A stretch of DNA of 63,979 nt, taken from assembly GCA_013415565.1 (NCBI GenBank), contig JAAEET010000001.1, positions 1 to 63,979 of the forward strand. Direction: 5' to 3'. The notes below the pieces were generated by a model that made no database searches, was not told the origin of the DNA, and worked only from the letters and a program-made list of their open reading frames with translations. Both the position numbers and the translations under genes were made by a program. Origin of the DNA: Methanomicrobiales archaeon. Its GTDB lineage: Archaea; Halobacteriota; Methanomicrobia; Methanomicrobiales; Methanospirillaceae. Positions within the stretch are counted from its first letter, which is position 1, and each line of letters starts with the position of its first letter. Below are positions 1-8,600 of the stretch, one piece after another.

Positions 1-141
1 GTCCTGGAGAGAAGGGTAGTCGAGCTGCTCAGGTATGCCAGGAACATCCATGAGGTAAAGATCGTCAACGGGCATAAACCCGGGAGTATCCGGAAAGTAC
101 TTGCCGGAGAAAACCCCGGAACCGTCATCAGGGCCCGGTAG
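1..141 (+). CDS. 3' end of a CDS entering from the left edge; the tail resembles the amino-acid kinase superfamily (isopentenyl phosphate kinase / uridylate kinase type)
   Basis: Frame 1 is open from nt 1 to TAG at 139-141: ...HEVKIVNGHKPGSIRKVLAGENPGTVIRAR*. The NG..PG....L.GE..GT.I tail is typical of archaeal AAK-fold kinases. Only 46 aa are visible. Confidence 0.3.
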   Translation, partial: VLERRVVELLRYARNIHEVKIVNGHKPGSIRKVLAGENPGTVIRAR

Positions 142-278
142 GGTATTCCGGTTTCCGGAAGGACGGGCGTTGGAGAAGAAATACTCAATCGGTTTTAAAA
201 ATCCACTGCGGGAATCACCCGGCCTCTCCATCCTCGGAACCCTGAAGTCCCTTTCAGAATCAGCGATCCTGGACGAAT

Positions 279-286
279 AAAAAAAA
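279..286 (-). terminator. Oligo-T tract (T8 on the minus strand) about 10 nt downstream of the tupA stop
   Basis: Plus strand reads aataaaaaaaagatt, so the minus-strand RNA carries U8. Archaeal termination commonly uses oligo-T tracts. Confidence 0.4.
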
Positions 287-296
287 GATTGCAGGA

Positions 297-1256
297 TCAG
301 GGAGCCGCGGGTGTGGTTTCCGTGGCCGGACTGGTGCAGTCACAATCGAACTGGCTGCACTGCTCCATCATCGGGGTAAAGAGGTTCTTTCCGTACGTGT
401 CCACACCGAATGTGCCGATGGCGTCCTGCACGGCAGGGGAGATCATGAAGTCAACGAAGTTGTTGGCTGCCGTAATCTCCTCGGGAGTGAACGTGTCGCT
501 GTACACGGTAATGACACTGTAGACATTCAGCAGGATATCTCCCTGGTCGATCACCGGCACCAGGTCGAGATCGCCCTTGTATGCGAGGTAGGTTCCTTCA
601 TCAGACAGCGTATAGGCCTGCTTCTCGTTTGCCAGCTGCAGGGTCTCGCCCATGCCTCTGCCGGCCTCGACATACCAGGTGCCGGACTTCTGGATGTCGG
701 TCGTATAATTATACCCTGCTGTTGTCCAGATTGATTTCTCCTTCGAATGCGTCCCGGAATTATCTCCCCGCGATATGAATACAATATCCGGGGTGCCGGC
801 CGTTCCGAGCTCATAGAGCTTCCTGAATGCTTCGACCGGCTCCATGCCTCTGATCCCGGCAGGATCGCTCTCCGGACCTACGATGATGAAGTAGTTGTAG
901 GCGAAGCACCGGCGGTTCAGTCCCTTGCCCGAATCCATGTAGGCATTCTCCTGGGCCGGGGAATGGACCGCAAGGACATCGGCATCCCCACGGCTTGCTA
1001 TCTCCAGGGCTTTCCCGGTACCCTGCGAGGTGATCAGGAGCTCGGCATGATATTGTTCCTCGAACATCGGTTTGAGGTAATCCAGCAGCCCGGTGTCATA
1101 GAGGCTTGTGGTCGTCGCCAGCAGAACTTTCTCCTTTTCGCCAGGGGGGGTCGGAGTCCCGGGGGTGGTACATCCGGCAGAAATGACGGTAATCATCACC
1201 GTGACCGCCAGGGTCAGCAGGAGGACACTTCGAGATATCTTTTTCATCGCTACCAC
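297..1256 (-). CDS. tupA: Tungstate ABC transporter substrate-binding lipoprotein (TupA-like); no permease or ATPase gene is adjacent
   Basis: 319-aa ORF. The signal peptide ends in a lipobox-like SAGC. The TTTS motif (LLATTTSLYDTGLLDYL) and the overall PBP fold pattern match TupA-type oxyanion binders. GTG start at 1256, or ATG at 1247. Confidence 0.7.
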   Translation of the reverse strand: MVAMKKISRSVLLLTLAVTVMITVISAGCTTPGTPTPPGEKEKVLLATTTSLYDTGLLDYLKPMFEEQYHAELLITSQGTGKALEIASRGDADVLAVHSPAQENAYMDSGKGLNRRCFAYNYFIIVGPESDPAGIRGMEPVEAFRKLYELGTAGTPDIVFISRGDNSGTHSKEKSIWTTAGYNYTTDIQKSGTWYVEAGRGMGETLQLANEKQAYTLSDEGTYLAYKGDLDLVPVIDQGDILLNVYSVITVYSDTFTPEEITAANNFVDFMISPAVQDAIGTFGVDTYGKNLFTPMMEQCSQFDCDCTSPATETTPAAP

Positions 1257-1302
1257 GACTACACGTTACCCGTACCCATTGATGAACATTTCCTTTTAAT
1301 TT

Positions 1303-1336
1303 TATCAATTGTTAAACATTTGAAAAACAATTGATA
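1303..1336. promoter_or_regulatory. Perfect 11-bp inverted repeat TATCAATTGTT-N12-AACAATTGATA upstream of tupA (candidate operator)
   Basis: Read directly: 1303-1313 is the exact reverse complement of 1326-1336. It lies in the AT-rich region 47-80 nt upstream of the tupA start, next to a TATA-like AAAATTAAAAGG on the minus strand. Confidence 0.5.
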
Positions 1337-1422
1337 GGACCATATCGTCTTGTTCGCTTCCCGGATACCCGCGACCGTGATTGCCGGTACCGGTCCAGTT
1401 GCGGAAGGACTCCGGACCGGCA

Positions 1423-1437
1423 GGAAAAAAGAAAGAA
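1423..1437 (-). terminator. T-rich tract (TTCTTTCTTTTTTCC on the minus strand) about 20 nt after the ATPase stop
   Basis: Plus strand reads ggaaaaaagaaagaa immediately downstream (minus sense) of the stop at 1459-1461. Confidence 0.35.
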
Positions 1438-1458
1438 CAGGTGCCGTTTCTGCACCCG

Positions 1459-2760
1459 TCAGAACTCGACCACCATGACCGCCTCCTCCTCTTCGCGGAG
1501 TTCCCCTTTCAGGTGGCGGAAATCGAACTGGTAGCTCTCCCACGGATCGTAATCCTCGTACAGCTCGCACTTGTCGAGGACATCCACAAACTCTTTGAGG
1601 AAAATCCTCGGAATGACATCGACCCTTCCCCCGAACTTCCCGGTCACCTTCCCGATCATCGCACGGATGAACCGGTGGGAGATCCGGGTCTGGTCGACCT
1701 CCGAATATGCTTCTGAATAGATCCGGATGACCTTCTGGGCCACCTGCTCGAGCTTCTTTGCATCGAACCGGGAGAGGATGATCTGGGGCTGGCGGGGGTT
1801 CCTGAATTCCCCGGCATCGATTACCCCGATCCGGTCGGCAAGGGAGGGAAGGGATCGGACCCCGCGGGGCCCCTCGAAGAATGCCGGTGTCCCGGTGAAG
1901 AGGAAGTAGCAGTAGGGGAGCTCGCCCCGGTCGAGCGAATCGATCATGAGACGGAGGGTATTGTAGGCCTTGTCCCGCTGGTTTTTCGGGAGGACCTGCG
2001 TGGTCTCGAGCTCATCGACGGCGACGGCGAGTCCGGCGTACCCGGCACTCACGATGATCCTGACCAGGCCCCTGAGAAAGATGAGGGCATAGGTCTCGTC
2101 CACATCGCCCCGTATGCCGGCTTTCTGCTTGAAGTCCCGCCCGATGTTCGGTTCTGCCCCGATCCACCCGATGGCGGACTGGGCGATCTGGAAATCACCG
2201 GCGTTGTTGGCCCGGTAGTAGGTCCGGAGCGCTGCCGCAAGCGATGAGTTCATCTCGGAGATCCCGGCAAGGGCGGTCTCGAGCTCCTTGAGGGTCGCTT
2301 TCTCCAGGCTCTCCTCCTCGAGCGGCTGGTCGCTGACCCGGAGGAGGCGCTCCTCGATCGAGAACAGCCAGCTGTCGATGACCGCCTTGAGCGCATGCTC
2401 CTCTTCACGGGTCCTGAGGCTTGCGCAGATCTGCTGGTAGATGTTCTTCTGCCGGTAGAGGGGTGACGAGGGGGAGACCACCACGTGGGCGGTGACGAAT
2501 CCCTTCTCCCGGGCGATCTCGAGCGCCCGGGCAACGAGGAAGGTCTTGCCGCTTCCGTAGTCTCCCCTGACAAACTTGAGGTCGCCGCCTCCCTTCGCGA
2601 CGTAGTCGAACTGGGCGCCGATCACCCCTTCCTCCATCTCGACCCCGACGGCGATCCGCTCAAGGCCTCCGGCCGGAACCGTCCCCCGCCGGAGTGCATT
2701 GATGATATTGGTGCTCTCGAGTCGTTTCCTCTCGACCGGGTCACTCTGCGATATAGGCAT
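1459..2760 (-). CDS. DUF2791 / BrxD-like P-loop ATPase
   Basis: N-terminal NIINALRRGTVPAGGLERIAVG, Walker A GDYGSGKT and Walker B LAVAVDELE; length about 433 aa. I prefer the ATG at 2760 because GGAGG lies 8-12 nt upstream, rather than the track start at 2796. It overlaps the upstream gene by 20 nt. Confidence 0.75.
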   Translation of the reverse strand: MPISQSDPVERKRLESTNIINALRRGTVPAGGLERIAVGVEMEEGVIGAQFDYVAKGGGDLKFVRGDYGSGKTFLVARALEIAREKGFVTAHVVVSPSSPLYRQKNIYQQICASLRTREEEHALKAVIDSWLFSIEERLLRVSDQPLEEESLEKATLKELETALAGISEMNSSLAAALRTYYRANNAGDFQIAQSAIGWIGAEPNIGRDFKQKAGIRGDVDETYALIFLRGLVRIIVSAGYAGLAVAVDELETTQVLPKNQRDKAYNTLRLMIDSLDRGELPYCYFLFTGTPAFFEGPRGVRSLPSLADRIGVIDAGEFRNPRQPQIILSRFDAKKLEQVAQKVIRIYSEAYSEVDQTRISHRFIRAMIGKVTGKFGGRVDVIPRIFLKEFVDVLDKCELYEDYDPWESYQFDFRHLKGELREEEEAVMVVEF

Positions 2761-4564
2761 AGATCTCTCCTCCCTCTCCCACTCCCCGTTTCTCAATGAC
2801 GGCGATTCCCGATGCCGCCGATTTCTGGATGATCCGGTTCATGATCCCGACCACCCTCCTCGTGTTCAGGAGCCGACGGAGCTCGATCTCGTTCGCCTCG
2901 TGGTGTTCGAGAAGATATTCGAGAATGCGCCGCTCCTGGTCGTCACAGGACTCCATGAACTCCCTGATCGCACGGCTGTGCTCCGGTCCCCCCTCTTCCT
3001 CCCGTTCCCGCGGCCTCATGACCGGCGGATCACAGACAGCCTCTTCCTTGCATGCATGGATGAGCTCCAGGAAGTCCGCCGGCCTGATATGGGCCGCGAT
3101 GGCCGGCACGGCATCGAGTCCCCGCAGGCAATACTCCTTGCACTGCAGGTAATCCTTTTCACGTCGGGCGGAACCGGCAGATACCAGGCAGGCAACGGCA
3201 AGGTATTCAAGCCCGTCCGAGCTCAGGAGGGCGAAGCGCTGCTCGAGCATGCCGACCAGACGGGAGAGCAGCCGGGGTCTCCGGTAGAGCTTCCACTGGT
3301 CATCGAGGATGAGCCCGGCGACGCTCTCGATCTCCCGGGTGCGCTTGGCATTGGAAAGAATGTAGAGGAGGATCTTCTCGCTCTCCCGGAATTCCTTCTG
3401 CCCGGCCAGGAACCGGGCGTAGGCCATCCCTCCCTGGAGAAAGTCGCTCCTGAAGGCCCGGTAGGAGTAGGAACGGGCTTCCGAGAGATCCCCGATATCC
3501 TCATACAGGCGGGCGATGGCGAGCAGGGAGACTGCCATCGGATGCGCGGAGACGATCGAGAGGAACCTGCTCTCGGCGTCCCGGACCGGGAAATAGGTGA
3601 GGAGAAACTCGCGGTATCCCGAGAGCATGTCGGAGAGGAATTCACGGTCGTCAAGATTCTGGAGGGCGTCCCTGACGAGATGCTCGTAGCAGCCGAGAGC
3701 CCGGTCTTTCTCACCGAGATCGGCATTCAGCCGGCAGGTCAGCAGGCGGACCGGATACCCGGAACTCTTCTCGTCGGCGTCGAGCAGCTGCCGGCAGACG
3801 CTCATGGCCTCCCCCGGTCTCCCGAGTGCCCGGAGGTGGAGGGCATAGTCGAGGCCGATTTCGGGGTCTCTCAGCGTCGCGAAATACTCACCATACTCAC
3901 CGGCCGCGGCTGCCGGGTCGTTCAGGGCCCTGGCCCGGAGATAGACCCGGGCGAGCGGGACCTTCCCGGATACCCGGTATGCGGCTGCCGCTTCGCGGGC
4001 GGCATCCTGGTACCGTCCGGCACCCATCAGGGCGGCAATATAATCCGGGTCCTCTTCCCGCCGCCGGACGTCCCTGCCGAACAACAACAGCGCCTCAGAT
4101 GCCTGGCCTGAGGCGGTCAGCGCCCGGACCAGGCACCGGGCGTCATCCTCCCTGCCCGTCAGCGCCACCAGTTTCCGCAGTGCCGGAACGGCCATCCGGG
4201 AATCTCCCGCCGCCACCCTGTACGCCGCATAATTCCGGAGTGCTTCCTGGTTTGCGGGGTCGAGCAGGACTGCCCGTGCATGCTCGGAGACCGCGGTGTC
4301 TTCCCCACGCGCCCCGAGAATCCGCCCGAGGAAGCTGTGGAGGTACGAGGAGTCCGGCATCTTCAGGAGAAGATCCCGGACATACGCCTCAGCCTCGTCG
4401 AACCGGCCCAGGTTGAAGAGGTTCCGTGCAGCGAGGATGGCAAGCTGCGGATCGGGTGCGGCGGTCCCGGCGGCTCGGCACTGCTCCAGCGATTCGGCGT
4501 ACTTCCCCTCCTCAAAGAGCCGGAACGACTCGCGCCGGATATCCTCGAAGCGGCCGTCGGTCAT
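2741..4564 (-). CDS. TPR-repeat protein (607 aa) with a C-terminal winged-helix-like domain
   Basis: Repeated A/L/Y/G-rich 34-residue helical hairpins run throughout. The last ~70 aa (ERRILEYLLEHHEANEIELRRLLNTRRVVGIMNRIIQKSAASGIAVIEKRG) look like a wHTH. An ATGA overlap joins it to the GT2 gene at 4561-4564. Confidence 0.7.
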   Translation of the reverse strand: MTDGRFEDIRRESFRLFEEGKYAESLEQCRAAGTAAPDPQLAILAARNLFNLGRFDEAEAYVRDLLLKMPDSSYLHSFLGRILGARGEDTAVSEHARAVLLDPANQEALRNYAAYRVAAGDSRMAVPALRKLVALTGREDDARCLVRALTASGQASEALLLFGRDVRRREEDPDYIAALMGAGRYQDAAREAAAAYRVSGKVPLARVYLRARALNDPAAAAGEYGEYFATLRDPEIGLDYALHLRALGRPGEAMSVCRQLLDADEKSSGYPVRLLTCRLNADLGEKDRALGCYEHLVRDALQNLDDREFLSDMLSGYREFLLTYFPVRDAESRFLSIVSAHPMAVSLLAIARLYEDIGDLSEARSYSYRAFRSDFLQGGMAYARFLAGQKEFRESEKILLYILSNAKRTREIESVAGLILDDQWKLYRRPRLLSRLVGMLEQRFALLSSDGLEYLAVACLVSAGSARREKDYLQCKEYCLRGLDAVPAIAAHIRPADFLELIHACKEEAVCDPPVMRPREREEEGGPEHSRAIREFMESCDDQERRILEYLLEHHEANEIELRRLLNTRRVVGIMNRIIQKSAASGIAVIEKRGVGEGGEIYAYIAE

Positions 4565-5184
4565 CGACCCGCCCCTCCCAGCCTGAGGGAGACAAGGGCG
4601 GAAAGCATCCGGAAGATATCCGGACCTCTCACCGTCGATGCCTCCTGGTTCTCCCAGGTGATGGGGTACTCCTTCACCAGGAACCCTTTCCGGGAAAGCC
4701 TCCAGAGGAGTTCGACATCGAATTCAAAACCCGTCGAGACCATGTCACCTAGCACAGCATCGACGGCTGATTTTTTAAATACTTTTGCACCGCACTGCGT
4801 ATCTGAATAGGGGAGCGAGAAGAGGAGACGGACCAGGAGGTTGAATGCCCGGCTCTCGATACGCCGTGCAATCCCCTGCCTGACCGGAATCACGGATCCC
4901 GGCAGCCAGCGGGAACCGATGATACCGTCAGCACCATCAAATGCGGCGATGAGCTCCTCCATCTGCAGGATCGAGGTCGAGCCGTCGGCGTCCATGAAGC
5001 CTGCCAGCGGACCGGCGGCACGGGCGAACCCCTCCCTGACGGCACCCCCCTTCCCGAGCCTCCGGGAGAAGGTCAGGCAGACGAGGTCGAGATCCGGATT
5101 CTCCCGTGAAAAGGCGCGGACGATTTCAGGGGTGGTGTCGGTGCCGTCACAGACCACGATAAACCGGCCGCTCCTTCCCGGCAT
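4561..5184 (-). CDS. Family 2 glycosyltransferase (dolichyl-phosphate hexosyltransferase-like). The coordinates give the ATG-defined ORF; the conserved N-terminus continues upstream to about 5286
   Basis: VVCDGTDTT...DADGS (DxD) ...SDTQCGAKVF...FEFDVELL are typical GT2/DPM1-like motifs. The in-frame upstream sequence encodes YSIIIPAYNEEERI but has no ATG/GTG/TTG (see findings). Confidence 0.8.
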   Translation of the reverse strand: MPGRSGRFIVVCDGTDTTPEIVRAFSRENPDLDLVCLTFSRRLGKGGAVREGFARAAGPLAGFMDADGSTSILQMEELIAAFDGADGIIGSRWLPGSVIPVRQGIARRIESRAFNLLVRLLFSLPYSDTQCGAKVFKKSAVDAVLGDMVSTGFEFDVELLWRLSRKGFLVKEYPITWENQEASTVRGPDIFRMLSALVSLRLGGAGR

Positions 5185-5282
5185 CTGCCTGAGGAGACCC
5201 CGGATTCGCTCCTCTTCGTTGTAGGCCGGGATGATGATGCTGTATGCGGGGGTGTTCGGTGGAATCAGGCTCCCCTCTCTCT

Positions 5283-5513
5283 TCAGCGGTGACCAAGCAG
5301 GTGGTCCCGCAGCGTGGTCGCATCACGGTACTTCTCGACGATTGCTAGCGCCTGCAGCCGCAGCCGGTTGTGGTCAGCGAGACAGGAATCGGGAGGCGGT
5401 CCCTGGCGGAGCAAGGACGAGACGTTCTCCGTGACCTGGATGAGCTCGGTGGCGATCACGGCATTGAGCCAGATCAGGTCTTTCAGCATCTCCCGCTCCT
5501 CATCGGCATCCAT
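5283..5513 (-). CDS. Hypothetical small protein (76 aa), first gene of the GT2/TPR/ATPase operon
   Basis: GC3-rich codon usage like the neighbours, predicted helical, and its stop abuts or overlaps the GT2 reading frame. No family recognised. Confidence 0.45.
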   Translation of the reverse strand: MDADEEREMLKDLIWLNAVIATELIQVTENVSSLLRQGPPPDSCLADHNRLRLQALAIVEKYRDATTLRDHLLGHR

Positions 5514-5589
5514 GCCTGTATGGTTGGATCCGGGACAACAAAAAGGATGTCCGGCACGCTTATCCCGGTGGCGGGAAAATTCCTGTCAC

Positions 5590-6000
5590 ATGAGCTATAT
5601 CGAGCGAATACGGGCCGAAGGGCGGGACGCAAATCCGTTCTTCACGCTCATGGGAGTGGAACTGGGGACGCTCGGTACGGGATCAGCCGAGATACGGATG
5701 CCGGTCCGGCCGGACATGATGAACGGCGAGGAGTGGCTCCAGGGCGGTATCTACACCGCTCTCGCTGACGAAGCCATGGTCCTTGCCATCTACCCCCTGC
5801 TCGATCCGGGAGAGCGGATAGCCACCATTTCCGAGACCACCTCCTTTCTTGGCGGGGTCCAAGACGGCGTGCTGGTCGCGAGCGGAACCGTGGTAAAACG
5901 CGGGAGAAGGGTCATATTTGCCGAAGGAGAGGTGGTCCGGGAAGGCAGAGGCCGAATCCTCGCCCGGTGTTCGGCAGCATATGCCGTGATGAAGGAATGA
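5590..6000 (+). CDS. PaaI-family hotdog-fold thioesterase
   Basis: From the internal ATG at 5590: MSYIERIRAEGRDANPFFTLMGVEL...GGIYTALADEAM...GRRVIFAEGEV, typical of PaaI/YbgC-like thioesterases. The longer track ORF (from 5314) runs antisense into the neighbouring gene. Confidence 0.7.
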   Translation: MSYIERIRAEGRDANPFFTLMGVELGTLGTGSAEIRMPVRPDMMNGEEWLQGGIYTALADEAMVLAIYPLLDPGERIATISETTSFLGGVQDGVLVASGTVVKRGRRVIFAEGEVVREGRGRILARCSAAYAVMKE

Positions 6001-6094
6001 TCCCTTCCTCGCGGAGAGCGTGGAATAAAAACTATCACCCGCCGCGTAGAATAGCTACACCAGATATCAGGTTCGCCTGGGCGGGGTAGTCTTC

Positions 6095-7675
6095 GTGAAA
6101 TATATTTTTGTAACCGGGGGGGTGATGAGCGGCCTTGGCAAGGGCATCACCGCCGCATCGATCGGAAGAATCCTCAAGAACCGCGGTTACGGGGTGACGG
6201 CGGTGAAGATCGATCCGTACCTGAACATCGACGCCGGAACCATGAATCCCGGCCAGCATGGCGAGGTCTTTGTCCTCTCTGACGGAGGAGAGGTGGATCT
6301 CGATCTCGGCAACTACGAGCGGTTCCTGGATATCGATCTCACCTCCGATCACAACATCACCACCGGCAAGATTTACCGGAGCGTGATCGAGAAGGAGCGG
6401 AAAGGGGAGTACCTGGGAGAAACGGTCCAGATCATCCCCCATATCACCGACGAGATCAAGTCCTGCATCAGGGCGGCGGCCCACGATGCGACCTCCGGCA
6501 ACGGGCAGGCCGACATCTGCCTCGTCGAGGTGGGCGGAACGGTCGGGGATATCGAGAGCATGCCCTTCCTCGAGGCTGTACGCCAGATGCGGGGGGAACT
6601 CCCTGACGAGGACACGCTCCTGATCCACGTCACCCTGTTTCCGGAAGATTCCATGGGGGATCTCAAGACCAAGCCCACCCAGCACTCGGTCAAGGCCCTC
6701 CGCGAACTCGGGCTGCATGCCGATATCATCGTGGGACGAGGGGAACGGCCCATCGGGTCCCAGACCAAGCGGAAGATCTCGGCCTTCTGCGATCTCGCCC
6801 AGCAGGGGGTTATCAGCGCGGCAACGGTACCCGACATCTACCAGGTCCCGATGGAGATGGAGAAGGAGGGTATCGCGGAGGTTCTCTTCCAGTATCTCAG
6901 GCTCGAACCCAGAGAAGCGGACACCCGGTGGTACAGCCTCGTCTCCCGGGAATACACGAACCGGGTGCATGTGGGGATCGTCAGCAAGTACGGGGTCGAG
7001 GATGTCTATATCAGCATCAAGGAGGCCCTCAAACATGCTGGACGGGCGCTTTCCACCGAGGTAAAGATCAGCTGGCTCGATGCCGAGCGGTACGAGGAGC
7101 CCCAGCTCGCCGAATTCGACGGCATCCTCATCCCCGGGGGATTCGGCCAGCGGGGTCTTGAGGGGAAGATCGGTGCACTGGGATACGCCCGGACCCGCCG
7201 GATCCCGCTGCTCGGCCTCTGCCTCGGGTTCCAGCTTTCCGTGGTTGAATTCTCCCGCAACGTGCTCGGCTGGAAGGATGCGATCAGTGCCGAGATGGGC
7301 GAGGGGCGCCACGTGATCGCGATCCTCCCCGAACAGGAAGGAGTGACCGATCTCGGCGGGACCATGCGTCTTGGTAACTATCCCGTCACGCTCAGGGAGA
7401 ATACCCTCGCCATGAAGATCTACGGGCAGAAGGAGATCGTGGAACGGCACCGGCACCGGTATGAGGTGAACCCGGAATACATCGCCGAAATCGAAGAGGG
7501 CGGCATGGTCTTTTCAGGGACATGGAGGAACCGGATGGAGATCTGCGAGATCCCGGACCATCCGTTCTTCCTCGCCACGCAGTTCCATCCCGAGTTCCGC
7601 TCACGCCCCACCCGGCCCTCGCCCCCGTTCATGGGATTTGTGGATGCGTGCCGGACACGGAGGAGCAGGAGGTAG
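6095..7675 (+). CDS. pyrG: CTP synthase
   Basis: [18 protein letters not shown], a C-terminal GATase domain with GLCLGFQ, and a length of 526 aa. GTG start. Confidence 0.95.
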   Translation: MKYIFVTGGVMSGLGKGITAASIGRILKNRGYGVTAVKIDPYLNIDAGTMNPGQHGEVFVLSDGGEVDLDLGNYERFLDIDLTSDHNITTGKIYRSVIEKERKGEYLGETVQIIPHITDEIKSCIRAAAHDATSGNGQADICLVEVGGTVGDIESMPFLEAVRQMRGELPDEDTLLIHVTLFPEDSMGDLKTKPTQHSVKALRELGLHADIIVGRGERPIGSQTKRKISAFCDLAQQGVISAATVPDIYQVPMEMEKEGIAEVLFQYLRLEPREADTRWYSLVSREYTNRVHVGIVSKYGVEDVYISIKEALKHAGRALSTEVKISWLDAERYEEPQLAEFDGILIPGGFGQRGLEGKIGALGYARTRRIPLLGLCLGFQLSVVEFSRNVLGWKDAISAEMGEGRHVIAILPEQEGVTDLGGTMRLGNYPVTLRENTLAMKIYGQKEIVERHRHRYEVNPEYIAEIEEGGMVFSGTWRNRMEICEIPDHPFFLATQFHPEFRSRPTRPSPPFMGFVDACRTRRSRR

Positions 7676-7682
7676 GTTCACC

Positions 7683-8600
7683 ATGGTCGATACAGAACGG
7701 TTCATCCAGGAAGCCATTGCAGAGATCCGCACCCAGGCCGGGGCCCATAACGTGGTCATCGCACTGTCGGGCGGTGTGGACAGCTCGGTCTGCGCAGCAC
7801 TGGCTGCACGGGCCATCGGGGAGCGGCTCATTCCGATTTATGTCGATACCGGCCTGATGAGGAAAGGCGAGACGGAACGTATCGCCCGGATGTTCGGGTA
7901 CCTGAATCTTCACGTCGTCCATGCCGAGGACGAGTTCCTCGCGGCTCTTTCCGGCATCGTCGATCCCGAAGAGAAGCGGAAAGCGATCGGGGAGCGGTTC
8001 ATCCGTGTCTTTGAGCGGGAGGCCGCGAGGACCGGGGCCCGGTACCTGCTCCAGGGCACCATCTATCCCGACCGGATCGAGAGCGAGGGCGGGATCAAGA
8101 GTCACCACAATGTGGGCGGTATGCCGCTGCACATGGAGTTTACAAAGGTGATCGAACCCCTCCGCGATCTCTACAAAGACGAGGTCAGGGAGGTTGCCGG
8201 TGCACTGGGACTCCCCCCGGAGATCCAGCACCGCATGCCGTTCCCGGGTCCGGGTCTTGCCGTCCGGATCATCGGGGAGGTGACCCGGGAGAAGCTTGAC
8301 GTGGTACGGGAAGCCAACGCCATCGTCGAGGATGAGCTGGTCGACCGCTTTCTTCCCTGGCAGTGCTTTGCCGCGGTGCTCGGCCTCGGGACCGGGGTGA
8401 AGGGCGACAACCGGGTGCACGGCTGGATCGTCTCGGTGCGGGCGGTCAATTCCCGGGACGGCATGACCGCCGATCCCCTCGAGATCCCCTACGAGATGCT
8501 CGGCCACCTTGCCTCCCGGATAACTGCGGAGATTCCGACTGTCGCCCGGGTGGTCTATGACATCACCCCAAAACCACCCGCGACCATCGAATACGAATGA
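7683..8600 (+). CDS. guaA: GMP synthase, ATP pyrophosphatase subunit (subunit B)
   Basis: [10 protein letters not shown]-loop motif and C-terminal ...KPPATIEYE. The start at the internal ATG 7683 gives the usual ~305 aa archaeal subunit B. Confidence 0.9.
   Translation: MVDTERFIQEAIAEIRTQAGAHNVVIALSGGVDSSVCAALAARAIGERLIPIYVDTGLMRKGETERIARMFGYLNLHVVHAEDEFLAALSGIVDPEEKRKAIGERFIRVFEREAARTGARYLLQGTIYPDRIESEGGIKSHHNVGGMPLHMEFTKVIEPLRDLYKDEVREVAGALGLPPEIQHRMPFPGPGLAVRIIGEVTREKLDVVREANAIVEDELVDRFLPWQCFAAVLGLGTGVKGDNRVHGWIVSVRAVNSRDGMTADPLEIPYEMLGHLASRITAEIPTVARVVYDITPKPPATIEYE

Noticed and set aside
2699-4111. 470-aa plus-strand ORF opposite the TPR protein
   Set aside because: It is a shadow ORF with no motifs. 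The minus-strand frame has clear TPR periodicity and operon-style overlaps with its neighbours.
6035-7456. 473-aa minus-strand ORF covering most of pyrG
   Set aside because: It is antisense to an unambiguous CTP synthase. Its composition (very rich in Arg/Pro/Gly/Asp/His/Leu) is typical of shadow ORFs in high-GC DNA, and it has no recognisable motifs.
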